From Myxococcota bacterium (GTDB lineage Bacteria; Myxococcota_C; UBA6777): 64,000 nt of DNA. Below are positions 39,758 to 48,580 of this stretch, piece after piece. The stretch spans positions 4,179-68,178 of the forward strand of contig CAUJFU010000312.1 of the NCBI GenBank assembly GCA_963169055.1, in the 5' to 3' direction. The stretch's first letter is position 1, and each line of letters opens with the position of its first letter. The notes under the pieces are model-generated. The model was not told the DNA's origin. It made no database searches and worked only from the letters and a program-made list of their open reading frames with translations. The translations under genes were made by a program, and so were the position numbers.

Positions 39758-42257
39758 CATGTGGAGTTTTTTTATGATCCGAGCCTCCAAACGACGTCTC
39801 CCCACCCTGCGGCTTGTGCTGCTGGGGTTCGTGTTGTTTCTCGGCAACAACAGCCTTGGCTGCATCACCATCATCGCAGAGTGCCTCGAAGACACCAACT
39901 GCCCCGCAGCCCGCAAGTTCTGCATCGCAGGGCGTTGCCGAGCCTGCCGCAACGACAAAGACTGTGAAGCCGGGCAATACTGCGCTTTTTGGGCTTGCCA
40001 ACCCGATCCACGCGGTAGCTTCGCGACTTGCGGAGATAGCGTTTGTGATCCACGCGAAAACTGCCGAACATGCCCTGCGGATTGCGGTGCATGCACCAGT
40101 GCTTCGTGTGGCAACCAACGCTGCGACGTCGGCGAAGATTGCAAAACTTGCCCCTCAGACTGCGGTCCTTGCGCACAAACCTGCAACGACAAGATCTGCC
40201 AAAGCACCGAAACTTGCAAAACTTGCCCCGATGACTGCGGGGTCTGCAAAGAACAGTGCGGAAATGCAGTATGCGAACAAAACGAAAATTGCACTACGTG
40301 CGAAGCCGACTGCGGAAAGTGCGCAACCTCCTGTGGAAACGCAAAGTGCGAGATATCCGAAAATTGCCAAACCTGCCCCCAAGATTGCGGAAAATGCTCG
40401 GACAATTGTGGCGACACGATCTGCCAAGACAACGAAGACTGCAAAAATTGCCCCCAAGATTGCGGAAAATGCGCCACTTCCTGCGGCAATGGCAAGTGCG
40501 AACAAGGCGAAGACTGCTCCACTTGCGAAGCCGACTGCGGCACATGCCAAGCCAAATGCGGCGACAAGATCTGCCAAAATACCGAAACCTGCGCTTCTTG
40601 CCCCGGTGACTGCGGCCCCTGCCCCGCGACTTGCGGCGATGGAAAGTGCGAACAAAACGAAGATTGTAAAACTTGTTCCCAAGACTGCGGCCCCTGCCCT
40701 GCCACCTGTGGCGACAAGTCCTGTGGAATCGGCGAAGACTGCAACAACTGCCCCGATGATTGCGGAAAATGCGCCCCCAACTGCGGAAACAAAATCTGCA
40801 ACGCAGACGAAAACTGTAAGACCTGCCCCCAAGACTGCGGAACCTGCGCCCCCAACTGCGGAAATGCCAAATGCGAACCGGGAGAAACTTGCAACAACTG
40901 CGCTCCTGATTGCGGAAAATGCGAACCCAAATGCGGAAACAAGATCTGCGACGCAAACGAAACATGCAGCGATTGCCCTGATGATTGCGGCCCCTGCCCG
41001 ATCCAATGCGGCAACGGAAAGTGCGAAACGGGCGAAACCTGCACCTCTTGCGAAAAAGACTGTGGTGCTTGTCCTCCCCAATGCGGCGATGCAAAGTGCG
41101 AAACGGGTGAAACCTGCACATCTTGTCCGAAAGATTGCGGCCCCTGCCCCGATCAATGCGGTGATGGCGTCTGCGGTCCCACCGAAGGATGCAGCACCTG
41201 CCCCACCGATTGCAAAACTTGCGCAGGTCAAAAGTGTCAAACAGACGCAGAGTGCGGAGCGGGCTTCTTGTGCCTCGAACCCGATTACAATAACCCTGCC
41301 AAGGACAAGTTTTGCTTCCAAAGCTGCAGCAACGATCTTCTCCGCTGCTTGAGCAACACCGATGGCCGCACCCGTTGCGCCCCACTGACGGCCTCTTTGC
41401 GCGTCTGCCTCAAAGACGCCAAAGCCTCCGAAGATTGCGGTCAAAAAGCCAAATTCCAATCTCGTTGTCTCGATAACCCTCCCCTCTATTGCAGCGCCAC
41501 CAGCAGCCTTTGCCAAACCCCCACCATCCAAACGCAACCCGGCGCGGCTTGTGATATCCCACCCTACACCACAGAACCGCCCAAACTCTGCGACCCCAAC
41601 CAAAAACTCGTCTGCGATCCGCAATCCAAAACCTGCACCGCTGCCCAACAAAGCGACGAAGGCAAAGAGTGTGATCCCTCGGGTCTGGTTCTCGGTCAAA
41701 AAGTCTTGTGTACGGGTTCTCAATTGTGCATCGACTTTGGCCCTTTTGGTCAGCGCTGCCATCGCCCATGCAGCGTCGGTGCGCCCGATGCTTGCGCCCA
41801 TAACACCGATCTGTCTTGCCAAACGATCTCTTTTGCGCCCGGATCTCCGAGTGTTTGCATGGATCTCAAATGCAACAGCGATGCAGATTGCGCTTTTGCA
41901 GATTACGTCTGTAGCGGTACGCCCGGAACGCCTAAAGTTTGCCGCCCCCCCGGCCCAGTCGGACCACTCGACTTTGGCGCAGTGTGCAGCACAGATCCCA
42001 CCCAATCCAAAACCTCGGGATGCAAAAGCGGCCTGATCTGCATCCCACGCACCAACAGCCAATCTCTTGGCGTCTGCTCTCGTGATTGCACCGTAGACGC
42101 AACGGTTTGTCAGCCCTTCTCTGTGGGCGGCACCACCTACATCACCCAATGCGAGTCCTCCACCCTCGGCTTCAAAGCCTGCGGCGTTCTTTGCCAAGGC
42201 GGTTCGCTGCAATGCCCCCCCGCCACTTCCTGCAACAACGGGCGTTGCGCGCCCTGA
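39758..42257 (+). CDS. Large secreted Cys-rich protein with 16 tandem 26-aa repeats (xxxCG(N/D)xxCExxExCxxCPxDCGxC) plus an ~340-aa Cys-rich C-terminal region
   Basis: Signal peptide MWSFFMIRASKRRLPTLRLVLLGFVLFLGNNSLGC. 16 near-identical modules such as ATSCGNGKCEQGEDCSTCEADCGTC. Reminiscent of Cys-rich repeat proteins I associate with Myxococcus. Confidence 0.75.
40030..41225 (+). repeat. 78-bp coding tandem repeat array (~16 units) within the Cys-rich protein gene
   Basis: Periodic ...tgcggnnnntgcc... units. Produces several long spurious ORFs in other frames and on the other strand. Confidence 0.8.
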
Positions 42258-42292
42258 TTCGGCTCGCCCCCTTAGACTGGCTCGCTTCGATC

Positions 42293-42424
42293 GGTTTTTT
42301 GTGGGGCGCTGCCCCACGCCCCGCAAGGGAGCTCGCCCCCTTGGCCCCGTGTGGGCGAAGAGAACACAGGTTTTTCAAACAAACGACTGTGTCGCTTGAA
42401 GGGCCACGAACACGGCTTTTTTGG
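42293..42424 (-). repeat. Dispersed repeat family A, copy 6 (inverted)
   Basis: gtggggcgctgccccacgccccgcaagggagctcgcccccttggccccgtgtgggcgaag...cacgaacacggc. Confidence 0.8.
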
Positions 42425-42467
42425 AAACAAGTCATACAAAATCTTCCCATTGTGTACACGAATAATG

Positions 42468-42510
42468 TAGGGGCAGCCCCCTGTGGCTGCCCAACAACAG
42501 GGCGTCTACA
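42468..42510 (+). repeat. Palindromic repeat family B, copy 3
   Basis: gtaggggcagccccctgtggctgcccaacaacagggcgtctaca. Shares the A-inverted-then-B arrangement seen at 28.4-28.7 kb. Confidence 0.7.
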
Positions 42511-42614
42511 ATGAATTGCACCGATCCTTCGATCATACATCTCTCGGAGCTCGTATCACTTCTTCGCGGCGTCATTTCCTCGAAACAGCGGGCCGCAGAA
42601 CCAAAGGAATCCCC

Positions 42615-43958
42615 ATGCACCACAACCCCCACCCGTCCGCTCCTTGCGTGCAGATCACACACAAGCATGCGACCGCTCCAAACAACCCAAAACAAAAGCA
42701 CGCCTCTTTTTTTCGGATGCCTTGTTTCGTTTTCTTCGTAGCTGCATTGTGCGGTGCGCTTGTGCATCTCGCTTGCGATCCCAAACCAAGCACCGAAAAC
42801 ACCGTCGAATCCGCCCAAGAGATCACGGCAGAACTCGCGCAAGAATCCACTCAGGACACCGCCTCCGACGCAAGCCCCGAAGCCACCGCCGAAACCACCG
42901 CCGAACCTGCACCCGAACCCACCGCAGAAACCACGCCCGAACCCGCCACAGAACCTACACCCGAGATCCCCAATGGCCCTCATACCATCGCTGTCTTCGA
43001 CAAAGTGACTATCCACAGCAACGGCGATGTCAACGTCCGCCAAGCTCTTGCCCCCTTTCGCTTCTTCCACACTTCCTTTCAACGCGTCTTCCTGCGTGTA
43101 CAACTGGATACGACTTGTTTTCCCTTTGAAAAACAGCAACAAGATCCCCCTCCGCCCGGACACAACTGGCCTCCCAAGTGCGATGCCTTTGACCGCAACT
43201 TCGATTTTCACCTCGACCCCGCGCCCGACGCCCCCAAAGGCACCCCCGCCATCGAACTGGTGCGTGCGATCACTCCTTTTGGTGGCCCCATGCAGTTCCA
43301 AGCCGATATCACCGATATCGCCAACGGACTCAAAGGCGGCGCACACACCATGCGCGTCAATATCCAAACCTATTCCGACGGCCAAGGAAAAGTCTCTGGC
43401 TCCAATGGGCAATGGACCGTCTCTGCATTCCTTGATGTCGTACCCTCCGAGACTCCCAATCGCATTCTTTCTGTTCAACCGCTGTTTAACCACAATCACA
43501 CCGACAAGATGGCCCGCCAATCCGCCACCTTCACGATCCCCGAAGGCGCAAAAACAGCTTATCTCCTGTACCGCGTGACGGGACACGGCGGTGGCACCGC
43601 AGATGCCGCCTGCATCGGCCACGCCGACGAATTCTGCCAACGCACCCACAAACTTTACCTCAACGATCAACTCGCCCACGAATGGATCCCTTGGCGAAAA
43701 GATTGCGCCAAACTCTGCACCCTCCAAAAACGCGGAACGATGGAGTATTGCGCCGAAAATCCATGCGGCTCCATCCAAAGCGTTCGCGCCCCCCGCGCCA
43801 ACTGGTGTCCCGGTAGTGTCACCCCTCCCTACGTCCACTTGCTCCCTGCGGATATCGTTCAAAAAGCAGGCTCGCATCAGTTCGATTACGAGATCCTTGG
43901 CATCGCTCAAGGCGGCTCGTGGAAAGTCTCCGCAACCCTCGTCGTGATCGGACCTTAA
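42615..43958 (+). CDS. Hypothetical secreted or membrane-anchored protein (possibly PNGase-F-like beta-sandwich; unverified)
   Basis: ATG at 42615 after aagga; alternative ATG at 42717. Hydrophobic segment MPCFVFFVAALCGALVHLAC. Acidic Thr/Pro/Glu-rich linker. C-terminal domain with LYRVTGHGGG and CxxEFC motifs. Confidence 0.55.
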   Translation: MHHNPHPSAPCVQITHKHATAPNNPKQKHASFFRMPCFVFFVAALCGALVHLACDPKPSTENTVESAQEITAELAQESTQDTASDASPEATAETTAEPAPEPTAETTPEPATEPTPEIPNGPHTIAVFDKVTIHSNGDVNVRQALAPFRFFHTSFQRVFLRVQLDTTCFPFEKQQQDPPPPGHNWPPKCDAFDRNFDFHLDPAPDAPKGTPAIELVRAITPFGGPMQFQADITDIANGLKGGAHTMRVNIQTYSDGQGKVSGSNGQWTVSAFLDVVPSETPNRILSVQPLFNHNHTDKMARQSATFTIPEGAKTAYLLYRVTGHGGGTADAACIGHADEFCQRTHKLYLNDQLAHEWIPWRKDCAKLCTLQKRGTMEYCAENPCGSIQSVRAPRANWCPGSVTPPYVHLLPADIVQKAGSHQFDYEILGIAQGGSWKVSATLVVIGP

Positions 43959-44127
43959 ACTCCTATCTACATCTACAATTCACACCTATTTTTTTTGAAC
44001 ATCGCGTAGACAGCCCTCGTCTATCCCGCCGACCTATCAAACGCTGTGGTCGTCGACTTTTGCCCAAAACAACGGCAAATCGGCGACCATCGCGTATCAA
44101 ATCCCCTCCATACGATCGGTTGCAACG

Positions 44128-45648
44128 ATGAAACACAAACGCAACGCACGAAACTCCCGCTCCCCCAACCAGCCCCACCAAGATATCAACTTTGAACTCG
44201 ATGCCTCCGGCCTTTGTCACCAAGGCCAACGCTACAAAGAACAACACATCGATTGGATGGAGAGGGGTACCGCACACTGCGATTGTTTGTATTGTTCTAC
44301 GATATACCGACCGGACGATTACGTCGAACCCCCTCCTGCCTACGCCATCGAGGCCATCCCTTCGGCTCTTTTGCCCTTCCTTCAACTCCCCCCAGAACGG
44401 ATCTCTGAGTCTCTTGATCTTCCGTCATTTGATGTCTGGGATCTTGTCTCTTTCTTCCACGAATTCACACGACGTTTTCCTCACTCGATCTTCTCTCTAC
44501 GCTTACTCGAATCCATCCTCTCTCGCTCCACCGAAGAACAACGTGGGCCATTGGCTCGGGCTTGCCGAGCGGCCATCCGACGCCTTCGACTCCGATCTGC
44601 TGACGCCATCCCCCTCCTTGCGACCATCCTTGATCTGTTGCCCTCCACCTCCGAGCAACGCTCTCTGTTGTTTGCGATCGCAACGATGGGGACGCTCGCT
44701 GCGCCGCTCTTGCCTCGCCTCTATCATTTCGCAAGCGCCTCCGATATCGAGGTCTGCGCCCAAGCCGCCCACACCCTCAGTCTGCTTGGACCTCGCGATC
44801 CCCGCGTCCTCCAATGCCTACAACGTATCCTCCAACGCCCGGACATCAACAACCAACCCACTTGGGCCCTGCACTTCAACAGCCAACGCCAGCCGCATCC
44901 ACAACACAGTGCCTTGCTTGCCCTCGATCGCGTGGGAGAGATGGCCCGTCAAATCCTTCACGATGTCCAAGCCCTGCCTCTCGACGATCATCCTCCCTTA
45001 ATCAAAGCATGGACCCGCATCATCGGGAAGTTTCAGCACAACCCCCACACCAACATCCCAAGGCTTGAGCGATGGCTCCATCACTCCGATCCCAGCGTCC
45101 AAGAAACGGTTGTGGTGGCTCTAGGCAAATTCGGACACCACGCCGCCACCCCCACCGTTTTTCAACACCTCCTTCTCTTCATCACCCAACCCAAGCAGCA
45201 ACAACGACACGAAGCCTCTTTGCGCACGCTTGCCAAGATCTGCCGCCCTCCACAGATCCCCGCTTTGTGTACAGCACTCCAACAACACTTACAAAGCGCT
45301 CCCACCGACCTTTTCGATCTCCCGCTCCTCCAACATCCCCCACATCATCGAGAGCAGATCGCTTTTTTCTTTGACACTCTCTCTGCAATTCTTCGTATCC
45401 TTTCTGATCTATTTCGCCGCGACAAAGACTGTTTCTTTCCTTGTTCGCCACCGACTCTTTCGCTGCTCTGCTCTTTTGCTCAACGTCTCCAAGGCCCGCA
45501 CGTCTTGCTATGGAAAAGCCTCTTTTCGACACAACCCACGGCCTCTTACGAGACGATCCTCCGCTCGCTCCTCAACTTCCTTGATGCCGTCCCAACCTCA
45601 CCCAATCCACGCCTTCACAAAGATTTTGAAGAAGCACTTTTCTCCTAA
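44128..45648 (+). CDS. HEAT/ARM-like alpha-helical repeat protein
   Basis: Leu-rich helical repeats with HEAT-like signatures (DPRVLQCLQRIL, DPSVQETVVVALGKFG). 506 aa. Confidence 0.5.
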   Translation: MKHKRNARNSRSPNQPHQDINFELDASGLCHQGQRYKEQHIDWMERGTAHCDCLYCSTIYRPDDYVEPPPAYAIEAIPSALLPFLQLPPERISESLDLPSFDVWDLVSFFHEFTRRFPHSIFSLRLLESILSRSTEEQRGPLARACRAAIRRLRLRSADAIPLLATILDLLPSTSEQRSLLFAIATMGTLAAPLLPRLYHFASASDIEVCAQAAHTLSLLGPRDPRVLQCLQRILQRPDINNQPTWALHFNSQRQPHPQHSALLALDRVGEMARQILHDVQALPLDDHPPLIKAWTRIIGKFQHNPHTNIPRLERWLHHSDPSVQETVVVALGKFGHHAATPTVFQHLLLFITQPKQQQRHEASLRTLAKICRPPQIPALCTALQQHLQSAPTDLFDLPLLQHPPHHREQIAFFFDTLSAILRILSDLFRRDKDCFFPCSPPTLSLLCSFAQRLQGPHVLLWKSLFSTQPTASYETILRSLLNFLDAVPTSPNPRLHKDFEEALFS

Positions 45649-45652
45649 AAAT

Positions 45653-45982
45653 CTATAGTTTATCGTACTTTGAACTCGATCCTTTGGACTTTTCTACGGG
45701 GTATTTCTTTTTATTCTTTTCCAGCTTTGCAAGCACGATATCCGCCACATCCAGCCGATAATGCGCCGCCAACAACAACGCCCCATAAAACACATCGGCC
45801 AACTCATCCTTCAGCCCCTCCATCTCCACATCGTCCCCTTTTTTCCACAAAAACAACTCCAATAACTCCCCTGCTTCGACGTTTAAGCTGATCGCCAGAT
45901 CTTTGCCTGTGTGATACTGCGCCCAGTCCCGCTCGTCGCGAAAAGCCAAGATCGCCTCTGTTAATTGTTTGAGATCGCTCAT
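45653..45982 (-). CDS. MazG-like nucleotide pyrophosphohydrolase (small all-alpha NTP-PPase)
   Basis: EAGELLE (ExxE) and DELADV (ExxD) metal-binding motifs in a ~109-aa protein. Sits 4 bp from the convergent HEAT gene end. Confidence 0.7.
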   Translation of the reverse strand: MSDLKQLTEAILAFRDERDWAQYHTGKDLAISLNVEAGELLELFLWKKGDDVEMEGLKDELADVFYGALLLAAHYRLDVADIVLAKLEKNKKKYPVEKSKGSSSKYDKL

Positions 45983-46174
45983 CTTTTTTCCTTCATTTCC
46001 GTGCCCATCGCATACTCTAGCTGCAAGATGCCACCAACGACACGCGGCTGGATCGACCCATCGTGTTTCCTTGAGCGGGCAGACTCTCGCTTCGGGCCTT
46101 GCATAAGATCGCGTGATTTGTCAACCTAGCCCGCTCTTTCTACTCGAACAACCACCTCGACAAAGGAGCAATGA

Positions 46175-46972
46175 TTGAAAGAGCGGATATCCCCCGAAGA
46201 AGGGCTTCCCTTCTATACTCTCAGCCACGGGATCTACAACGATATCTACCGACACTACGGCTGTTTGTTGATCTTTGATCGACCACTCCAAGAGGCGGAG
46301 CGTAGCGCGCTTGAAGCGGATATTCCTTGGCCGTTGCGCGAGCGCGTCGGTTCGGCGTCTCTGTTGTACCTCGGCTCCGAAGACTGGATCGACGCGGATC
46401 TACGCATCGCCTACCATCCCGAAAGCGCAGCGGAACTCACCGCTTTGGGCTACACGCTTAGCGACTTTGCAGGCCCCGAACGCTACAGCATCCTGACGCA
46501 GCTTTCCAACACCGAAGCCAGCGAGCAAGACAAACAAACCTTTGCCCACGAACTCCAATCATGGCTTCTCCAAGCCCATCGCATCGCCCCTTTGCTCTTG
46601 ACCTACGCAACAGATCCTCTCCCTACATCACGTTTTCGGGCCAACCAACGCCGCTGTCTCTCCGACTTCGTCACCCGCATCCTGCCGCGCCTCCAAGAGA
46701 TCTGGTCTTCTCGTGAACTCGATCACATCCCCCAATCCCACATCCTCGCCTCGATCTTTGATAACACCTGCGCGGCTTTGATCGGCAGTTTTCTTCAAGC
46801 CCACCCTCGTCACGCCACCTCCTACTCCGCCCCGCTGCTCCAACTCCTCGAAACGATCCAACAAGCCAGCCCGAAACTCCCTCAACAACGCTGGATCACA
46901 CAACTCCACGCCGCCCTCTCTCTCGCCCAACAGCCCGACACCTTCGCCCGCCCCCCACTGATCTCTGCCTAA
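46175..46972 (+). CDS. Hypothetical protein (TTG start in the track)
   Basis: Open 265-codon frame with coding-like C3-rich codon usage. The only in-frame start near 46175 is TTG. No motifs recognised. Confidence 0.45.
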   Translation: MKERISPEEGLPFYTLSHGIYNDIYRHYGCLLIFDRPLQEAERSALEADIPWPLRERVGSASLLYLGSEDWIDADLRIAYHPESAAELTALGYTLSDFAGPERYSILTQLSNTEASEQDKQTFAHELQSWLLQAHRIAPLLLTYATDPLPTSRFRANQRRCLSDFVTRILPRLQEIWSSRELDHIPQSHILASIFDNTCAALIGSFLQAHPRHATSYSAPLLQLLETIQQASPKLPQQRWITQLHAALSLAQQPDTFARPPLISA

Positions 46973-47217
46973 CCCCACAACACGCTCCGCCTTCTCTACA
47001 ACCCCCGCCAAACACCGCGTCTTCTCTATCCCCGACACAAGATATCGGATTTTTTGACGCCTTCACATTCCCCCGCTAGGCTTCTGCAAAGGCGCGTGGC
47101 GCTCTGTAAAGCATCCTTGTATCACGATATCCTCTTTTTATCGCTGTATTTTTTATCTTATGTATGAAATCAGGAGAAGAATATGTCTCTTATGCAAAAC
47201 TGGAGCGAAGGCGTTTT

Positions 47218-47345
47218 CCAAAAAAGGCGTGTTTGCGGCCCTTCAAGCGGCTGCGTGGTGGGTTTGGAAACCTCTGTTCGCTCCGCCAACACGGGATCAA
47301 AGGGGTCGCGCTCCCTTGTGGGGTCTGGGGCAAAGCCCCACGATA
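47218..47345 (+). repeat. Dispersed repeat family A, copy 7
   Basis: aaaaaaggcgtgtttgcggcccttcaagcgg...ccgccaacacgggatcaaaggggtcgcgctcccttgtggggtctggggcaaagccccacgatacc. Immediately upstream of the OMP gene. Confidence 0.75.
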
Positions 47346-47401
47346 CCCACGAACAGCACACATCGCATCCAAAGCACGCATCTCCTCCGTACCACGGTCT
47401 T

Positions 47402-47938
47402 TTGCGTGCGTGTTTGTGGGTGTGCGGCCTTTGGGTTTTTCTTTGCATGGCTCCCGAACAAGCCTCTGCGAACCCTTTTGCAAGCAACCTTCCCTCCAAA
47501 GTGGGCGTGGGTGTGGGCTATGATGTCGATCTCAACGGCTTTACGATCCGTTTTGGCGACTTAAAAGGCGTGCGTTTTGACATCAATCTGGGCTTTGGTT
47601 TGAACCTTCAAACAGGAAACAATTCCTCAACGACCGTCGATATCACACCCGGCTTTCGGGTATTGTTTCCGATCGGCTCTGTTCGCGTTGTCCAGCTACA
47701 CGCTGTGGTGGGAGCCTACCTGTTGATGAAGCCCACAGATGCAGCCTTTCGGATGGATCTATCGCTGTTTGGCGGCTTGATGCCCGAGATCTTTTTGTTC
47801 GAACGGTTAAGCATCGAGATCATGGTTGGATTTGCCTTCAACATCAACAATATCGGTGGGGATGTCACTCTTAACCTCGGAACCATCGGCAAAGGCATCT
47901 CTTTTCTAAGCGGCGCGGCTTTTCACTGGTACTTCTAG
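47402..47938 (+). CDS. Small outer-membrane beta-barrel-like protein (C-terminal aromatic residue, ...HWYF)
   Basis: Putative TTG start giving signal peptide LRACLWVCGLWVFLCMAPEQASA|NPF. Alternating hydrophobic beta-strand pattern. Terminal Phe. The upstream part of track ORF 47183.. is repeat-derived. Confidence 0.45.
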   Translation: MRACLWVCGLWVFLCMAPEQASANPFASNLPSKVGVGVGYDVDLNGFTIRFGDLKGVRFDINLGFGLNLQTGNNSSTTVDITPGFRVLFPIGSVRVVQLHAVVGAYLLMKPTDAAFRMDLSLFGGLMPEIFLFERLSIEIMVGFAFNINNIGGDVTLNLGTIGKGISFLSGAAFHWYF

Positions 47939-47979
47939 CCGTTATGCTTCCAGCACAACGCTCTCAAAGGAGTCCAACC

Positions 47980-48486
47980 ATGTCCGCCTGTTTGTTGCCT
48001 TCCACGATCCCCCTCACCAAACGGCTTTCGCGGGTGTTCTTGGTGTTGGCTTGTCTGCTTCCGCTGTTCTTGCTTGCCTGTGGAAACGGCTCGTCCGTCT
48101 GGCCAAGCACCAACCCGTTCAACCACAACGGCAGCGCCAACCCCCTCAACCATCACGGCCAAGAATCCCCCACCAACCACAGCGGCAACAACAACGATCT
48201 CAACCACAGCGGAGAAGCCAACAATCCGATGTCTTACGGGACGTACGGAAAAAAAGGCGCGACAGAAGCAGGCCCGCTGCGTTGGCATCTTTGTAACTGC
48301 CTTGTCGTCCCGTCCGAGGGCCTGATCATACCGCGTAGAACTTACAGCGTTTGTGCAACAAACCCCATCAACGCAGAGACTTATTCGACAAGTAAGTGTC
48401 GTCCCTTACTACCTTCTTGGCAGCGATGCAGTGCCTGTGTTTGTACGCCTGTGTTTGCCTGTTCGACGCCCGGGGCCTCGCTTTAG
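47980..48486 (+). CDS. Lipoprotein with Asn/His-rich low-complexity region
   Basis: RBS aaaggag then ATG at 47980. Signal plus lipobox MSACLLPSTIPLTKRLSRVFLVLACLLPLFLLAC. The 3' end runs into a 38-bp repeat. Confidence 0.55.
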   Translation: MSACLLPSTIPLTKRLSRVFLVLACLLPLFLLACGNGSSVWPSTNPFNHNGSANPLNHHGQESPTNHSGNNNDLNHSGEANNPMSYGTYGKKGATEAGPLRWHLCNCLVVPSEGLIIPRRTYSVCATNPINAETYSTSKCRPLLPSWQRCSACVCTPVFACSTPGASL

Positions 48487-48580
48487 CGCTCTGCGGATCG
48501 GGATCTTACGCATGACAGCGCGAAGGGCTAAAGAGGTGCGTGGGGCCTCGCTTTAGCACTCTGCGGACCGGGATCTTACA
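48473..48580. repeat. Two 38-bp direct repeats separated by ~32 bp
   Basis: ggggcctcgctttagcgctctgcggatcgggatcttac and ggggcctcgctttagcactctgcggaccgggatcttac. They overlap the 3' ends of the two convergent genes and sit at a skew-switch boundary. Confidence 0.8.

Noticed and set aside
39626-42326. ORFs 39626..41119 (-), 39814..41352 (+), 40155..42326 (-), 40294..41385 (-)
   Set aside because: Generated by the 78-bp tandem repeat array, which removes stops in all frames. Translations are repetitive Gln/Ser/Pro or Ala/Gly-rich. Only the Cys-repeat frame has a signal peptide and domain logic.
42615-43958. Confident assignment of gene 42615..43958 as peptide-N-glycosidase F
   Set aside because: Only a vague recollection of a PNGase-F-like signature (RVTGHG..CxxEFC); catalytic residues could not be verified without a profile search. 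Kept as hypothetical with a note.
43963-44385. ORF 43963..44385 (-, 140 aa)
   Set aside because: Antisense to the N-terminus of the HEAT-repeat gene. Arg/Gly-rich translation.
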